A stretch of 32,000 nt of DNA from Candidatus Saccharimonadota bacterium (GTDB taxonomy: Bacteria; Pseudomonadota; Gammaproteobacteria; Enterobacterales; Enterobacteriaceae), in assembly GCF_012571795.1 (NCBI RefSeq), contig NZ_CP046222.1, positions 390,819-422,818 of the forward strand. The letters are read 5' to 3'. The position numbers were made by a program, and so were the translations under genes. Of the stretch, positions 30,646-32,000 are shown piece by piece. The notes below the pieces were generated by a model. It was not told where the DNA came from. It saw only the letters and a list, made by a program, of their open reading frames with translations, and ran no database searches. Numbering within the stretch: the stretch's first letter is position 1; each line of letters starts with the position of its first letter.

Positions 30646-32000
30646 TTATTTTATTACTAAATATAAAGCTAATAACGATCCAAATAATAAAATAATAAAA
30701 ATTATTTTTTCTTTTTGGTTAAAAATTAATATTGTAGGATTATATATTTTAGTTAATAATAATAATATTAATCCAGGAATATATAAAATTAAAGATAATA
30801 ATAAATGTATAAATCCTGCAGCATATAATAACCATAATCCATAAATACAAGATCCTAAACCAATAAAAATATTAGTTATACTGATTTTATTTTGTAAAGA
30901 TATTTTTAATAAATAAGCTCCTACTAAAAAATATGGAACTAATATCATTTCTGATGCTAATGTTAATAAATAATTATAATCTATAGCAGTTAACCAAATG
31001 AATATTAAAAATATTTGCATACTACTACTGGTTAACCATAAAGCATTAACAGGTGTATGATACATATTTTGTTTAGATAAACATTTAGGAAACATATTAT
31101 TTTTCGCAGCTATCCAAGGTACTTCTGCAGCCATAATAGTCCAACTCAAATAAGCACCACAAACAGATATAATCAATCCTAATGCAATAAAAATATTTCC
31201 CCAACTACCAATAAAAATTTGCATTAATCCTGCCATAGAAGGATTTCTCATACTAGATAAATCTATACGTTTCATAATACCAAAAGATAATAAAGTTACT
31301 GATAAATAGATACATAATGCAATTATTACAGCTAGTAATGTAGCTTTTTTAACATCATTTTTATTCTTAGCTTTAGATGATAATATAATTGCTCCTTCAA
31401 CACCAATAAATACCCATAATGTTATTAACATAGTATTTTTAACTTGGATTAATAATGATGTATCTAATGTTTGACCAATTAAATCAAAATTAAATTGTTT
31501 AAAATTAAAAGATATAATAGCTAAAATAATAAATATTGTTAAAGGAAATAATTTTCCAAATGTAGCAATAATATTAATAATAGAAGCAGTTTGTGTACCT
31601 TGTAATAATAAAAAATGAATTAACCATAATAATAAAGAAGAAAATAATAATGCTTGCCATGTATTACCATTACCAAAAATAATATGTTTAGAATTATCAG
31701 TAAAAAAACTTAATGCAGAACAAACAATTACTAAATAAGAAACATTAGCTATAACAGCACATAGCCAATACCCCCATGCAGAACAAAATCCTATTAATTC
31801 ACCAAAACCATCTCTTGCATATGCAAATATACCTCCAGTAAGATTAGGTTTTAACTTATGTAATAATAACATTGATGTTGATAAAAAAATAATTCCTATA
31901 CCAGTAATAATCCAACCAATAATTAAAGCTATTGGGCTAGCAACAACTGCCATATTTTGTGGTAAACTAAATACTCCAGCACCTAACATAGAACTTATAA
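30646..32000 (-). CDS. arcD: APC-superfamily basic amino acid antiporter, ArcD/YdgI-like (putative arginine:ornithine antiporter); N-terminus lies beyond the right edge
   Basis: The ORF is open to the window edge; the in-frame codons before the track's Met read ISS-MLGAGVFSLPQNMA. GAGVFSLPQNMA, YARDGFGELIGFCSAWGYWLCAVIANVSYL, NTMLITLWVFIGVEGA, RNPSMAGLM and CGAYLSWTIMAAEVP match the ArcD/YdgI family as I remember it. About 12 TM segments. The substrate is not determinable from sequence. Confidence 0.85.
   Translation of the reverse strand, partial: ISSMLGAGVFSLPQNMAVVASPIALIIGWIITGIGIIFLSTSMLLLHKLKPNLTGGIFAYARDGFGELIGFCSAWGYWLCAVIANVSYLVIVCSALSFFTDNSKHIIFGNGNTWQALLFSSLLLWLIHFLLLQGTQTASIINIIATFGKLFPLTIFIILAIISFNFKQFNFDLIGQTLDTSLLIQVKNTMLITLWVFIGVEGAIILSSKAKNKNDVKKATLLAVIIALCIYLSVTLLSFGIMKRIDLSSMRNPSMAGLMQIFIGSWGNIFIALGLIISVCGAYLSWTIMAAEVPWIAAKNNMFPKCLSKQNMYHTPVNALWLTSSSMQIFLIFIWLTAIDYNYLLTLASEMILVPYFLVGAYLLKISLQNKISITNIFIGLGSCIYGLWLLYAAGFIHLLLSLILYIPGLILLLLTKIYNPTILIFNQKEKIIFIILLFGSLLALYLVIK

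Noticed and set aside
1-32000. Checked for an alternative genetic code, CRISPR repeats, tandem repeats, IS or transposase remnants, prophage genes, toxin-antitoxin or defence genes, and extra tRNA-like GC islands
   Set aside because: Conserved Trp positions are TGG and the stops I checked are TAA, so the code is standard. The only GC-enriched non-coding segment is the tmRNA. Every ORF of meaningful length is a housekeeping orthologue, so nothing supports a novel system.

Overview
This window is extremely AT-rich (about 20% GC by eye, spacers under 10%) and gene-dense. It looks like the reduced genome of an Enterobacterales-derived obligate, insect-type endosymbiont; I cannot name the species from sequence alone. 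Almost every base is explained by 28 recognisable housekeeping genes. On the minus strand: nuoA-B-CD-E-F plus a partial nuoG, thrA-B-C and parC. After these come an aroF-like DAHP synthase, tyrA, rluD, dsbA, a polA reduced to its 5'-nuclease domain, engB and typA/bipA. The rest are tmRNA (ssrA) with smpB, grpE, rpmB-rpmG, rpmE, priA, mnmG (gidA), nrdA-nrdB and a partial arcD/ydgI-like antiporter. I see no tRNA or rRNA genes, CRISPR arrays, IS elements, prophage or defence genes, and no unassigned gene cluster. I do not find a novel multi-gene system here. The points worth a second look are all reductive evolution. (1) smpB and rluD are each knocked out of frame at a long poly(A) tract (A11, A9) but stay stop-free downstream. 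That fits rescue by transcriptional slippage, or a homopolymer sequencing error. (2) PriA is full length but has lost helicase motifs I, II and VI. (3) TyrA keeps its chorismate mutase residues but has lost the NAD GxGxxG motif and the H197 and R294 equivalents of the dehydrogenase domain. (4) polA lacks the whole Klenow portion. (5) A 424-bp spacer of about 8% GC lies between mnmG and nrdA and is unexplained. All calls come from my own translation and from remembered E. coli orthologue sequences; no searches were run.
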